Source: Brevibacterium luteolum (GTDB taxonomy: Bacteria; Actinomycetota; Actinomycetes; Actinomycetales; Brevibacteriaceae). Taken from it: a DNA stretch of 64,000 nucleotides. This document shows, piece by piece, positions 20,641 to 29,923 of this stretch (the stretch's first letter is position 1; the number at the start of each line of letters is the position of its first letter). Both the position numbers and the translations under genes were made by a program. The notes beneath the pieces were generated by a model that was not told the origin of the DNA, made no database searches, and was given only the letters and a program-made list of their open reading frames with translations. The stretch is from positions 1-64,000 of the forward strand of contig NZ_JABEMC010000003.1 of NCBI RefSeq assembly GCF_013004595.1. The letters run 5' to 3'.

Positions 20641-21279
20641 TCAGCTCGCTGACACGCCGCTCGGAGTCACGCGCATGACATCGGTGAACCCATGCCGCCG
20701 GTACCAGTCGAGCGGCCAGTCGTCTTCGTCTGCGCCGATGGCGGCGACCGTGCAGCCGGCATCGTGCAGATGATGGAGCATCTCGATAAGCATCGCGGTT
20801 CCGTAACCTCTGCCGCGCCATGTCGGAAACACGTCAACCTCCTGCAGCCGTGCCCAGCTCTGCCACGGGGCAGGCAGGCGGAAGAAGCCTATCGCCCCAA
20901 TCCTCTCGGCGTCGATGCAGGCGAAGAACAGCGTCATCTCCAGGCGCCCCGCACGGTCACGTAACTCTGTCACCATCGCTCGGGCGCGCTGCTCAGTAAC
21001 ACCGAAGGATGACTCGACCGCGATCCGCTCACCGGTGTAGTGATGCCAGTCGTCGTCGCTGGTGAGCGGCTGCAGAAAGACGGATGCTCCGGCCGATTTC
21101 GAAGCCGGCAGCTGTCGCATCAGGAGAACTTTCGCGTGTCCGATCTCCTCAGCGTCGCCGATCGGTGCCGCACCGGGCCAGATCATCCGCTCAGTGGCGA
21201 AAGCCAGCGCGGAGGTCTCGTCAGCGCCCCCATCGCCGCCTGCCCGTGGTTCGAAGCACATGCCCCGCCCGAGCTTCAC
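20641..21279 (-). CDS. GNAT-family acetyltransferase
   Basis: ARLQEVDVFPTWRGRGYGTAML; ADEDDWPLDWYRRHGF; 4-nt overlap with the upstream methyltransferase. Confidence 0.8.
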   Translation of the reverse strand: MKLGRGMCFEPRAGGDGGADETSALAFATERMIWPGAAPIGDAEEIGHAKVLLMRQLPASKSAGASVFLQPLTSDDDWHHYTGERIAVESSFGVTEQRARAMVTELRDRAGRLEMTLFFACIDAERIGAIGFFRLPAPWQSWARLQEVDVFPTWRGRGYGTAMLIEMLHHLHDAGCTVAAIGADEDDWPLDWYRRHGFTDVMRVTPSGVSAS

Positions 21280-21914
21280 TGTCCCAGGCGCCGGAGCACG
21301 AGCAGGCCGGCATCGATGGGGATCATGAGCCGTTCGATGTCGGTGCGGGCTTCGATGTCGGAGAGCACGGTGCGCATCACCTGGGTGCGCGGGGCACGGT
21401 TGGCCGGCTTGGCCACCGCATCGCCGAGCAGCGCCTGGTTGATGATGAGCAGTCCGTCGGCGCTGAGCCGTTCAATCGCCAGCGGCACGAGCCGCGGATA
21501 CGTCAGCGGCTCGGAGTCGAGGAACACAAGATCATAGCCACCGGGTGCCAACCGGGCGAGCACGTCCTCACCGCGGCCGTGGATCATGCGCACGCAGTGC
21601 GGGCGGATCCGTGCGGCACCGAGCAGCTCGCGGGCCACAGCCTGTTTGTCGGCGTCGACGTCGATGCTCGTGAGCACTCCGCCTGCGGGCATGCCGCGCA
21701 TGATCGCCAGCGTGCCGGTTCCGGTGCCGGTGCCGACCTCCAGGGCGCTCGCCGGCTTCGCCAGCTGGGTGAGCAGGCGCAGCAGGCCTGCAGTGTTGAC
21801 CGACAGCGGGGTGACGGCATAGTCAGAGGCGATGGTGCGGGCAGCGTCGAGGACGGCGTCGGCAGGGTTGTAGCGTTCGGCGTATTGCGCGTTGATCGCC
21901 CAGTCGCGGCTCAT
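21276..21914 (-). CDS. SAM-dependent O-methyltransferase (class 3)
   Basis: LEVGTGTG, LTSIDVD, YDLVFLD; conserved position divergent from tatB. Confidence 0.88.
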   Translation of the reverse strand: MSRDWAINAQYAERYNPADAVLDAARTIASDYAVTPLSVNTAGLLRLLTQLAKPASALEVGTGTGTGTLAIMRGMPAGGVLTSIDVDADKQAVARELLGAARIRPHCVRMIHGRGEDVLARLAPGGYDLVFLDSEPLTYPRLVPLAIERLSADGLLIINQALLGDAVAKPANRAPRTQVMRTVLSDIEARTDIERLMIPIDAGLLVLRRLGQ

Positions 21915-22039
21915 ACGTTCCTTCCTGCTGACAGCGGATCGCGGACCGGCAGAAGTCGTGGAAAGCGCCGGCGATCCGTGCCCTCAGTGTAGCCCGGAGC
22001 AGCCGTGAGACCCCTGAGCGCACTGCTAGAATGAGGGCC

Positions 22040-22462
22040 ATGTTCGGGATCAACGGCACGGAGATGCTCATCATCGTCATCGTTGCCCTCCTTGTCATCG
22101 GCCCGCAGCGGCTGCCCGAATACGCCGAGCAGCTCAAGGAGTTCGTCAAGCTGCTCAAGCGCCGCGCTGACGAAGCCAAGGGCAGCCTGCGTCGCGACTT
22201 CGCCGAGGACCTGCCCGATGTCGACTGGAAGACCCTCGACCCGCGTCAGTACGACCCGCGCCGGATCGTGCGCGAGGCGCTGCAGGAGGAGTCCCAGGCA
22301 CAGGCGTCTTCCGGTTCGCGGAAATCCACAGGCAGTACGGCTGCCGGTTCCAGCTCAGACGAGGCAGCAGCCGCGCAGCTGAGTCCCGTCCAGCGCTACC
22401 GCGCCCAGGTCGCTCTGCGCGACGCCGAGGCGGCACCGCCCTTCGACCCGGAAGCCACCTGA
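22040..22462 (+). CDS. tatB: Sec-independent translocase TatB
   Basis: MFGINGTEMLII...GPQRLP, DWKTLDPRQYDPRRIVR, C-terminal PFDPEAT; TAGAAT -10 seven nt upstream. Confidence 0.92.
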   Translation: MFGINGTEMLIIVIVALLVIGPQRLPEYAEQLKEFVKLLKRRADEAKGSLRRDFAEDLPDVDWKTLDPRQYDPRRIVREALQEESQAQASSGSRKSTGSTAAGSSSDEAAAAQLSPVQRYRAQVALRDAEAAPPFDPEAT

Positions 22463-22529
22463 GCCAGACCCAGGTTGGGGTCAGTCCGACAGGGGTCGAT
22501 CAGGCGATGTCTGATGCGGGAGGGGTCGA

Positions 22530-23657
22530 TCAGGCAGGGGAGAGGCCGAGTGATCGGCCGGCGAGTCCGCGCGAGCGCGTCGCCAGCTGCTGAGCCACCG
22601 CCCGCAGAGCCGTTGAAGCTGGTGAGTCCGGGGCTGCCAGCACAGCAGGAGTGCCCGCATCCCCGCCGGTGCGCACGGGCGGATCGAGCGGGATCTGGCC
22701 GAGCAGCGGCACCTGACCACCGGTGATCTCCGACAGGTTCTTCGCCACTGACTCTCCGCCGCCGGAGCCGAAGACGTCCATCCGGGTGCCGTCGGGCATC
22801 TCCATCCACGACATGTTCTCAATGACACCGGTGACCTGCTGCTGGGTTTGCGTTGAGACCGACCCGGCACGCTCAGCAACCTGTGCGGCTGCCTGCTGCG
22901 GGGTGGTGACGACGAGCAGCTCAGAGCGCGGCAGCAGCTGGGCGACTGAGATCGCGATGTCGCCGGTGCCCGGCGGCAGATCGAGCAGCAGCACATCGAG
23001 ATCGCCCCAGAACACGTCGGTGAGGAACTGCTGGAGAGCCCGGTGCAGCATCGGTCCCCGCCACACGACGGCCTGACCGGGCTGGACGAACATGCCGATC
23101 GAGATGACCTTCACCCCGTGGGCGACCTGCGGCAGGATCATCTCATCGACCTTCGTCGGCTTGCCGGAAAGGCCGAGCATGCCCGGGATCGAGAATCCGT
23201 AGATGTCGGCGTCGACGACGCCGACGCGCAGCCCTTCGGCAGCGAGCGCCACGGCGAGGTTGGCGGTGATCGAGGACTTCCCGACCCCGCCCTTGCCGGA
23301 GGCGACCGCGTAGATGCGGGTGAGTGAGTTCGACTTGTTGAACGGGATCTCGCGGTTGGCACCGGGCCCCTGCAGCTTCTCTCGCATCGCCTGCCGCTGC
23401 TCAGGGGTCATCGTGCCCAGTGTCACCGTCACGCCGGTGACGCCGTCGACCTTCGCAACCGCCGCCTCGGTGTCGCGTGTGATGGTGTCCTTGAGCGGGC
23501 AGCCGGCGATGGTCAGCAGCACGGTGACGGCGACATGCCCGTCATCGGCAACGGCGATGTCGTCGACCATGTCGAGTTCGACGATGCTGCGGCGGATCTC
23601 GGGATCGAGCACAGTGGCAAGGGCGGCGCGGACAGCATCGATGGTGGGGGCGGTCAT
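22530..23657 (-). CDS. mrp: Mrp/NBP35 Fe-S cluster carrier ATPase with N-terminal DUF59 domain
   Basis: VLDPEIRRS, LTIAGCPL, SGKGGVGKSS, DADIYGFS, VWRGPM, DLPPGTGD, ENMS. Confidence 0.95.
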   Translation of the reverse strand: MTAPTIDAVRAALATVLDPEIRRSIVELDMVDDIAVADDGHVAVTVLLTIAGCPLKDTITRDTEAAVAKVDGVTGVTVTLGTMTPEQRQAMREKLQGPGANREIPFNKSNSLTRIYAVASGKGGVGKSSITANLAVALAAEGLRVGVVDADIYGFSIPGMLGLSGKPTKVDEMILPQVAHGVKVISIGMFVQPGQAVVWRGPMLHRALQQFLTDVFWGDLDVLLLDLPPGTGDIAISVAQLLPRSELLVVTTPQQAAAQVAERAGSVSTQTQQQVTGVIENMSWMEMPDGTRMDVFGSGGGESVAKNLSEITGGQVPLLGQIPLDPPVRTGGDAGTPAVLAAPDSPASTALRAVAQQLATRSRGLAGRSLGLSPA

Positions 23658-23841
23658 ATGCGCTCTGAGTGTCCTTCCAGCAGGCCGGAGATCGCGGGCG
23701 ATTCCAGCGTACTCCATTCGCTGCCGCCTGCAGCTGTGCGATATCTGACTCGTCTCTGTGACCGGTTCATCACCCGGCGTGGACGTAGCAGACTCGATCC
23801 CGCTGCCGTGATCCAGTCCCCATCTGAACGGAGTCCCTCCC

Positions 23842-24188
23842 GTGCCCGCTGAGCTCCGCATCGGCGCCACCCGGATCGTCGAGACCGCCACCGGCGGTCT
23901 CACCCTGGACATCAGCGACAGCTCAGCTGACTTCTCGGCGTTCGGCTACGACTTCCTCGACGAGACCGGGATGGTCACCGGCTCGATGGAGGTCTACGGG
24001 GAGGACTCGGTGCAGGCGCTCCGGTCGCCATCACCGCCGCAGGTGACTGTCTGCAGCGCTTCGTGCCCTCTGCCTCATTCCTCGGGCTGGGAGTCCACGG
24101 TCTGCTGACAACCGACCTCAGCGCTGTCGACGAGTGGCGGGCACAGGTCGTCCTATCAGCCGGCGAGCTCGATCTGCCCGCAGTCTGA
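23842..24188 (+). pseudogene. Probable frameshifted gene remnant of unknown function
   Basis: Coding-like codons from 23842 to about 24020, continuing in a shifted frame (PVAITAAGDCLQRF...DLPAV*) to TGA at 24186-24188. Confidence 0.4.
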
Positions 24189-24247
24189 TGGTGCACACCC
24201 GGCAACCCAACACATCTGGCAGCCGGTGACTAGTCCATACTGGAGGT

Positions 24248-24721
24248 ATGGCTTCCAGACGACCGGTCACCCAGATCCCGCACGGCGAAGTGCTCGGCTC
24301 CTACCGCACGCATGAGGATGCGCAGAAGGCGGTCAGGTTCCTTGCTGAGAAGGACTTCGACGTCTCCTCGCTGACGATCGTCGGCTCCAATCTCAAGATC
24401 GTCGAACCGGTCACCGGCATGCTCACCTGGGCTGCTGCAGCCGGCCGCGGTGCGCTGTCCGGTGCCTGGATCGGGATGCTCTTCGGGCTGGTGTTCATGC
24501 TGCTCGGCGGCGGCACCGACGCATCGCTGACGACCGGGGCGCTGCTGCCGGGCATCGTCATCGGCGTGGGCCTGGGCATGATCTGGGGGATTGCGATCAA
24601 GGCGATCAACCGAAAGCAGAGTGCGGTCATGTCCAGCCCGCAGGTGCTGGCGACGACCTACGACATCATCTGCCCGCCCGGCGTCGTGAACGAGGCGCAG
24701 GCGATCCTCGCCGCCCGCTGA
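24248..24721 (+). CDS. General stress protein (YflT-like) membrane protein
   Basis: LGSYRTHEDAQKAVRFLAEKDFDVSSLTIVG; two glycine-rich TM helices. Confidence 0.82.
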   Translation: MASRRPVTQIPHGEVLGSYRTHEDAQKAVRFLAEKDFDVSSLTIVGSNLKIVEPVTGMLTWAAAAGRGALSGAWIGMLFGLVFMLLGGGTDASLTTGALLPGIVIGVGLGMIWGIAIKAINRKQSAVMSSPQVLATTYDIICPPGVVNEAQAILAAR

Positions 24722-24752
24722 GACACGGAGCGGAACAGAACTGCAGGGTTCG

Positions 24753-25862
24753 TCAGTCGAGTGCCTGCCACGCAGCTGCGAGCTGCGGGCACACCGTGCG
24801 CAGCGGGGGAGGAGAAGCTGGCAGCGGCGCACCCCCGGCATAGTCGCCTGCGGAGATGACCGCATCGACGATCGCTGCCGAGAGCACATCGGCGGCCGCG
24901 GTATTCAGCTGCCCGAGCACCATCGTCTCATCGGCCTCACCGGACCCGCCCTCTGACTGCGTCAGGGCCACGGCACCGGTGGCTGCGGCGAAGACCGTAT
25001 CCCCATCGAAGAGCGTATGCGAGGGATGGATCGCCCGCGCCAGCCCGGCATGGGCTGACTGCGCCAGCCGGTGCGCCTGAGCAGTATCGAGCCGGGCGTC
25101 GGTGACGACGGCGGCGATCGTCGTGTTCCGCGTCGGAGGCGGGCCCTCGACAGACTGTGGCGCCACTGCTGCTAACCTCTCACGCAGCACGTCACAGTCG
25201 TCTGCCGGCAGGTCGATGCCGTAGCCGGAGAGCACCTCGGCGGCGTGCAGCCGGCCGGTCGGTGCGATGACGGTGCCCATGGGATTGGCGACGACGATCG
25301 CTGCCACCCGGTGGCCGGTGTCGGTGTCGATGACTGCCGAGCCGAGGCCTCCGCGCAGCAGTCCGCGCCCGGTCCACGCACCGATCCCACCGCCGGCAGA
25401 CCCGCGCACCACCGCCTCGGGCCCGGTCGCCCGGTCGGCATAGGCGGCCTGCCCGGTCTCGATCGTCGGCGGCAGGCAGGGCGCGCCGCCGCGGCCGAGG
25501 TCGAAGATCCCAGCCGCGGGCACGAGCGGGACGGTCACACCAGCCAGCCCGGGGGCGGGGAACCCGCGCCCGTCAGCGGCCAGACCGGCCTGCACGCCGT
25601 GGGCTGCGGCCAGCCCGTAGGCGCTGCCGCCGGTGAGTACGATCGCATCGCATCCGGCGGTCAGCGTGCCCGGAGCCAGCAGCTCGGTCTCGTGACTGGC
25701 CGGCCCGCCGCCGCGCACATCGACCCCGCCGGTGGTGCCGGCAGGAAGGATGAGGGCAGTCGTGCCGGTCAGCGCACCGGCAGCGGAGTCGATGAGGCCG
25801 GCGTGGCCGAGTTCGACACCGTCGATCTCGCAGACCCCGCCGCCGCGGCGCAGCACCGGCAT
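24753..25862 (-). CDS. P1/S58-family (DmpA-like) peptidase/amidohydrolase
   Basis: GVDVRGGGPASHET, LTGGSAYGL, FDLGRG, NTTIAAVVTDA autocleavage motif, HTLFDGDTVF. Confidence 0.9.
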   Translation of the reverse strand: MPVLRRGGGVCEIDGVELGHAGLIDSAAGALTGTTALILPAGTTGGVDVRGGGPASHETELLAPGTLTAGCDAIVLTGGSAYGLAAAHGVQAGLAADGRGFPAPGLAGVTVPLVPAAGIFDLGRGGAPCLPPTIETGQAAYADRATGPEAVVRGSAGGGIGAWTGRGLLRGGLGSAVIDTDTGHRVAAIVVANPMGTVIAPTGRLHAAEVLSGYGIDLPADDCDVLRERLAAVAPQSVEGPPPTRNTTIAAVVTDARLDTAQAHRLAQSAHAGLARAIHPSHTLFDGDTVFAAATGAVALTQSEGGSGEADETMVLGQLNTAAADVLSAAIVDAVISAGDYAGGAPLPASPPPLRTVCPQLAAAWQALD

Positions 25863-25864
25863 GC

Positions 25865-27439
25865 TCAGCGGCCCTGCTGGACCCAGGCTTCGACTTCGGC
25901 GCGGGTGCGCGGGAAGTCAGCCGAGAGGTTCTCGACGCCGTCCTCGGTCACGAGCACGTCGTCTTCGATGCGCACACCAATGCCGCGGTACTCCTCTGGG
26001 ATGAGCTGGTCCTCGGCCTTGAAGTACAGGCCCGGTTCGATCGTGAAGACCATGCCCGGCTTGAGTTCGGCACCCAGGTACATCTCCGCGCGCGCCTGCG
26101 CGCAGTCATGCACGTCGAGGCCGAGGTGGTGGCTGGTGCCGTGGACCATCCACCGGCGGTGCTGCTGGCCCTCAGGCGAGAGCGACTCCTCGGCGCTGAC
26201 CGGCAGCAGACCCCACTCCTCAAGGCGGTGGGCGATGACGTTCATCGCCGCATCGTGGACCTCAGCGAAGATGACCGGGCGCTTGGCGTGCTCGGCGGCC
26301 ACGGCGAAGGCGGCATCAGCGGCTTCGAGGACGGCGTCGTAGATCTTGCCCTGGACCTCGGAGAAGGTGCCGTTGATCGGCAGCGTGCGGGTGATGTCGG
26401 CGGTGTAGAGGGAGTCGGCCTCTGCGCCGGCGTCGACGAGGATGAGATCGCCGTCGCGGACCTCACCGGTGTTCTTGATCCAGTGCAGGGTGCAGGCGTG
26501 GTTGCCTGCAGCGGCGATCGTGTCGTAGCCGACGCCGTTGCCGTCGGTGCGGGCAGCGGATTCGAAGGCCGTCTCGATGACGCGCTCGCCGCGGTGGTGG
26601 ACGATCGCCTGCTTGAGCGAGGTGACGACATTGTCGAAACCAGACCGGGTGATCTCAACAGCGTGGCGCATCTGGCTGATCTCGTAGTCGTCCTTGATGA
26701 GGCGCAGCTCGGAGAGGAACTGAGCCATCTCGGCATCGCCTGCCTGCGAGATCTCCAGGTCGGCTTCGACCTCGGCGCGGGCGGCATCGACCCGCGCGTC
26801 GAGTGCCTCATCGGCACCGCGGACCAGGCGCAGCGAGGTGGCGTTCAGGTCCCGGCAGATGGCCTCTTCCGCGTGGGTGATGTCAGCACAGCGGATGCTA
26901 GTCTTGATCGCCATCGTCTCCAGGTCCTCACGCGGGCCGACCCAGTACTCGCCGTAGCGGGCATCGGAGAAGAACTCCTCGGTGTCGGCTCCGGCACGCG
27001 GGCGGAAGTAGAAGGTCGACTCGTGGCCGTCGTCGGTGGGCTCCATGACGAGCACCGAATCGGGTTCGAGGTCCGAGTGCAGGCCGGTGAGGTGGATGAA
27101 CGCCGAGTGAGCGCGGAAGCGGTAGTCGGTGTCGTTCGAGCGGACCTTGAGCCCGCCGGCGGGGATGACGAGGCGTTCGCCGGGGAAGGCCTCGGACAGC
27201 GCCTGACGGCGAGCGCCGGTGTAGGCGGCCGAGGCGAAGGGCTCGACATTGTCCTCGCTCGTGCGGTCCCAGCCGGAGGCGACGAAGTCGCGGAAGGCCT
27301 GCGACTGGGGGCGGCGGGAGCGGTTGTTCACTCGGTCTGACAGGGGCTGGTCGGGGGAGTCGGTGCCGGTGGCGGCACCGGATTCAGCGGCTGAGGGGCT
27401 GGTGGTCTGCGCGTTGTAGTCAGAGTCCTGAGTCATCAT
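25865..27439 (-). CDS. pepP: Xaa-Pro aminopeptidase
   Basis: RSNDTDYRFR, VDAGAE...YTADITRT, HGTSHHLGLDVHD, TIEPGLY, GVRIEDD. Confidence 0.93.
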   Translation of the reverse strand: MMTQDSDYNAQTTSPSAAESGAATGTDSPDQPLSDRVNNRSRRPQSQAFRDFVASGWDRTSEDNVEPFASAAYTGARRQALSEAFPGERLVIPAGGLKVRSNDTDYRFRAHSAFIHLTGLHSDLEPDSVLVMEPTDDGHESTFYFRPRAGADTEEFFSDARYGEYWVGPREDLETMAIKTSIRCADITHAEEAICRDLNATSLRLVRGADEALDARVDAARAEVEADLEISQAGDAEMAQFLSELRLIKDDYEISQMRHAVEITRSGFDNVVTSLKQAIVHHRGERVIETAFESAARTDGNGVGYDTIAAAGNHACTLHWIKNTGEVRDGDLILVDAGAEADSLYTADITRTLPINGTFSEVQGKIYDAVLEAADAAFAVAAEHAKRPVIFAEVHDAAMNVIAHRLEEWGLLPVSAEESLSPEGQQHRRWMVHGTSHHLGLDVHDCAQARAEMYLGAELKPGMVFTIEPGLYFKAEDQLIPEEYRGIGVRIEDDVLVTEDGVENLSADFPRTRAEVEAWVQQGR

Positions 27440-27504
27440 GCGGCCATTCTAGTCACGGCCCACCGGCGGGGGAGGAATCGTGGGGATCGTCCTATGATCG
27501 ACTC

Positions 27505-28356
27505 ATGATCATCGACCTGCACACCCATTCGACCGTCTCAGACGGCACCCAGAGCCCGGCAGAGCTCATGGCCGAGGCGGCGGCCTGCGGCGTCGATGTC
27601 ATCGGCCTGACCGACCACGACACCACCGGCGGGTGGGCCGAGGCGACCGAGGCGGTCACGCGGCTGGGCATCGGTCTGGTGCCGGGCATGGAGATCTCGT
27701 GCCGGTATGAGGGCATCAGCGTCCACCTGCTCAGCTACCTCCACGATCCCGGCAGCACCGAGCTGGCCGCCACCGTCGGGGCTGCCCGCACTGACCGGGA
27801 GGGCCGGGCCCGGGAGATCGTCGCCCGCCTGTCCGAGGACTACCCGCTCAGCTGGGCCGACATCGAGGCTGTGTGCGAACCAGGAGCGACAATCGGCCGG
27901 CCGCACATCGCCGATGCGCTCGTGCGCGCCGGCATCGTCACCGACCGCACCGCAGCCTTCTCCGAGCTGCTCTCAACCCGCTCGAAGTACTACGTCACCC
28001 TGCCGACGGTCAGCCCGATCGATGCGATCCGCATGGTCCGCGAGGCCGGCGGAGTGTCGGTCTACGCCCACCCCCGGGCACGGATGCGCGGACGGGTCGT
28101 GCCCGACGCCGGGATGCGCGAGATGATCGCCGCTGGCCTTGACGGCATCGAAGTCGATCACCGCGACAACCCGGTGGCCGAGCGCGCCGAGCTGCGCCGC
28201 ATCGCAGCAGCCCACGCCCTCATCGTCACCGGCTCCTCGGACTACCACGGAGCCGGCAAACCGAACCTGCTGGCAGAGAACACGACGGCCCCGGAGATGC
28301 TCGCCCGCATTGTGCGGGCGGCCTCCGGGGCCAGCCCTGTCGGTCTCAGCCTCTAG
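27505..28356 (+). CDS. PHP-domain phosphoesterase (TrpH/YciV-like)
   Basis: IDLHTHSTVSDG, LTDHDT, GRPHIADAL, AHP, GSSDYHG. Confidence 0.93.
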   Translation: MIIDLHTHSTVSDGTQSPAELMAEAAACGVDVIGLTDHDTTGGWAEATEAVTRLGIGLVPGMEISCRYEGISVHLLSYLHDPGSTELAATVGAARTDREGRAREIVARLSEDYPLSWADIEAVCEPGATIGRPHIADALVRAGIVTDRTAAFSELLSTRSKYYVTLPTVSPIDAIRMVREAGGVSVYAHPRARMRGRVVPDAGMREMIAAGLDGIEVDHRDNPVAERAELRRIAAAHALIVTGSSDYHGAGKPNLLAENTTAPEMLARIVRAASGASPVGLSL

Positions 28357-28359
28357 GCA

Positions 28360-29853
28360 TCAGTTCTGCGCAGCCGGCTGCTCGGCATTCGAGCGGCGGC
28401 GGCGACGGCGCCGGCGCGGAGCCGAGTCACCTGAAGTCTGCTCCGGCTTCGAAGTGTTCGTGTTCGCACCGGCATCGCTGGAGTTCTCACCCGAGCGTCC
28501 GCCGCGGGTGCGGCGGCGCTGACGGCGCTCGCCATTGCGGCCCTCCTGCCGGTTCCGGTCACCTGAGCGGCCGTTGTCACGGCCACCGCGGCCACCACCT
28601 CGGCGGCGGTCACGACTCTCATCGGCAGGCTTGGCGCCCTTGATCCGGCCCTTCGTGCCCTTCGGGATGTTGAGGTCCTCGAAGAAGTGCGGGGAGGTCG
28701 AGTAGGTCTCGACCGGCTCGTCGAAGTCGAGGCCGAGCTGGCGGTTGATGAGCTTCCAGCGCGGCACGTCATCCCAGTCGACGAAGGTCACCGCGATACC
28801 GGACTCGCCGGCACGGCCGGTGCGCCCGATGCGGTGGACGTAGGTCTTCTCATCATCGGGGCACTGGTAGTTGATGACGTGGGTGACGTTGGAGATGTCG
28901 ATGCCGCGGGCGGCGACGTCGGTGGCCACGAGCACGTCGACGGTGCCGTCGCGGAAGGCCTTGAGGTAGCGCTCGCGCATCTGCTGCGGCAGGTCGCCGT
29001 GCATCGGCTTGGCGTTCATGCCGCGGTCGCCGAGCTCCTCGGCCAGGCGGTCGGCGGTGCGCTTGGTGCGGGCGAAGATGATCGTCCGTCCCCGGCCCTC
29101 GGCCTGCAGCATGCGGGCGACCATCTCAGTCTTGTCCATCGCGTGGGCGCGGTAGATGTACTGGGTGGTGTTCTTCGCCGTCTGGGTCGTGTCATCCGGG
29201 TCCTGGGAGCGGATGTGGGTCGGCTGGATCATGTAGCGGCGGGCCATCGAGATGACCGCGCCGGGCATCGTTGCCGAGAACAGCATCGTCTGCCGCTGGG
29301 CGGGCAGGTGGGAGATGATCTTCTCGACGTCGGGCAGGAAGCCGAGGTCGAGCATCTCGTCAGCCTCATCGAGCACAGCGGTGCGCACGCCGCCCAGGCG
29401 CAGGATGCGCCGGCCGACGAGGTCGAGGAGCCGTCCGGGGGTGCCGACGACCACCTCGGCGCCGGATTCGAGCGCCTTGATCTGGGGTTCGAAGTCCTTG
29501 CCGCCGTAGATGGTGACAACGGAGATGTTGCGGCGGGTCGAGGCGGCTTCGAGGTCGCCTGCGACCTGCTGGGCCAGCTCACGGGTCGGCACGACGACGA
29601 GCGCCTGCGGGATTCGGTCGGCCGGGGCGCCGTCCTCATCGGGGCCGACGACGCGCTCGAGCAGCGGGATGCCGAAGCCGAGGGTCTTGCCGGTGCCGGT
29701 CTTGGCCTGGCCGATGATGTCGGCGCCGGTCAGGGCGACCGGCAGGGTCATCGCCTGGATGGGGAAGGGGTGCACGATGCCCTTGTCGGCAAGCGCATCG
29801 GCGATCGGGGCTGACACACCAAGGTCAGCGAAAGTCTGTTCAGTTGTGGTCAC
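28360..29853 (-). CDS. DEAD-box RNA helicase
   Basis: Q motif PFPIQ, AKTGTGKT, PTRELA, GTPGR, DEAD, SAT, HRIGRTGR; Arg-rich tail; GTG start after GAGGAG. Confidence 0.95.
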   Translation of the reverse strand: MTTTEQTFADLGVSAPIADALADKGIVHPFPIQAMTLPVALTGADIIGQAKTGTGKTLGFGIPLLERVVGPDEDGAPADRIPQALVVVPTRELAQQVAGDLEAASTRRNISVVTIYGGKDFEPQIKALESGAEVVVGTPGRLLDLVGRRILRLGGVRTAVLDEADEMLDLGFLPDVEKIISHLPAQRQTMLFSATMPGAVISMARRYMIQPTHIRSQDPDDTTQTAKNTTQYIYRAHAMDKTEMVARMLQAEGRGRTIIFARTKRTADRLAEELGDRGMNAKPMHGDLPQQMRERYLKAFRDGTVDVLVATDVAARGIDISNVTHVINYQCPDDEKTYVHRIGRTGRAGESGIAVTFVDWDDVPRWKLINRQLGLDFDEPVETYSTSPHFFEDLNIPKGTKGRIKGAKPADESRDRRRGGGRGGRDNGRSGDRNRQEGRNGERRQRRRTRGGRSGENSSDAGANTNTSKPEQTSGDSAPRRRRRRRRSNAEQPAAQN

Positions 29854-29923
29854 GTTCTTCTCCTCACAGTGCTCCTTCGAGGAGCACGCGTTCACGTCTG
29901 AGTGAGGCGGTAGGCTATGGGGC

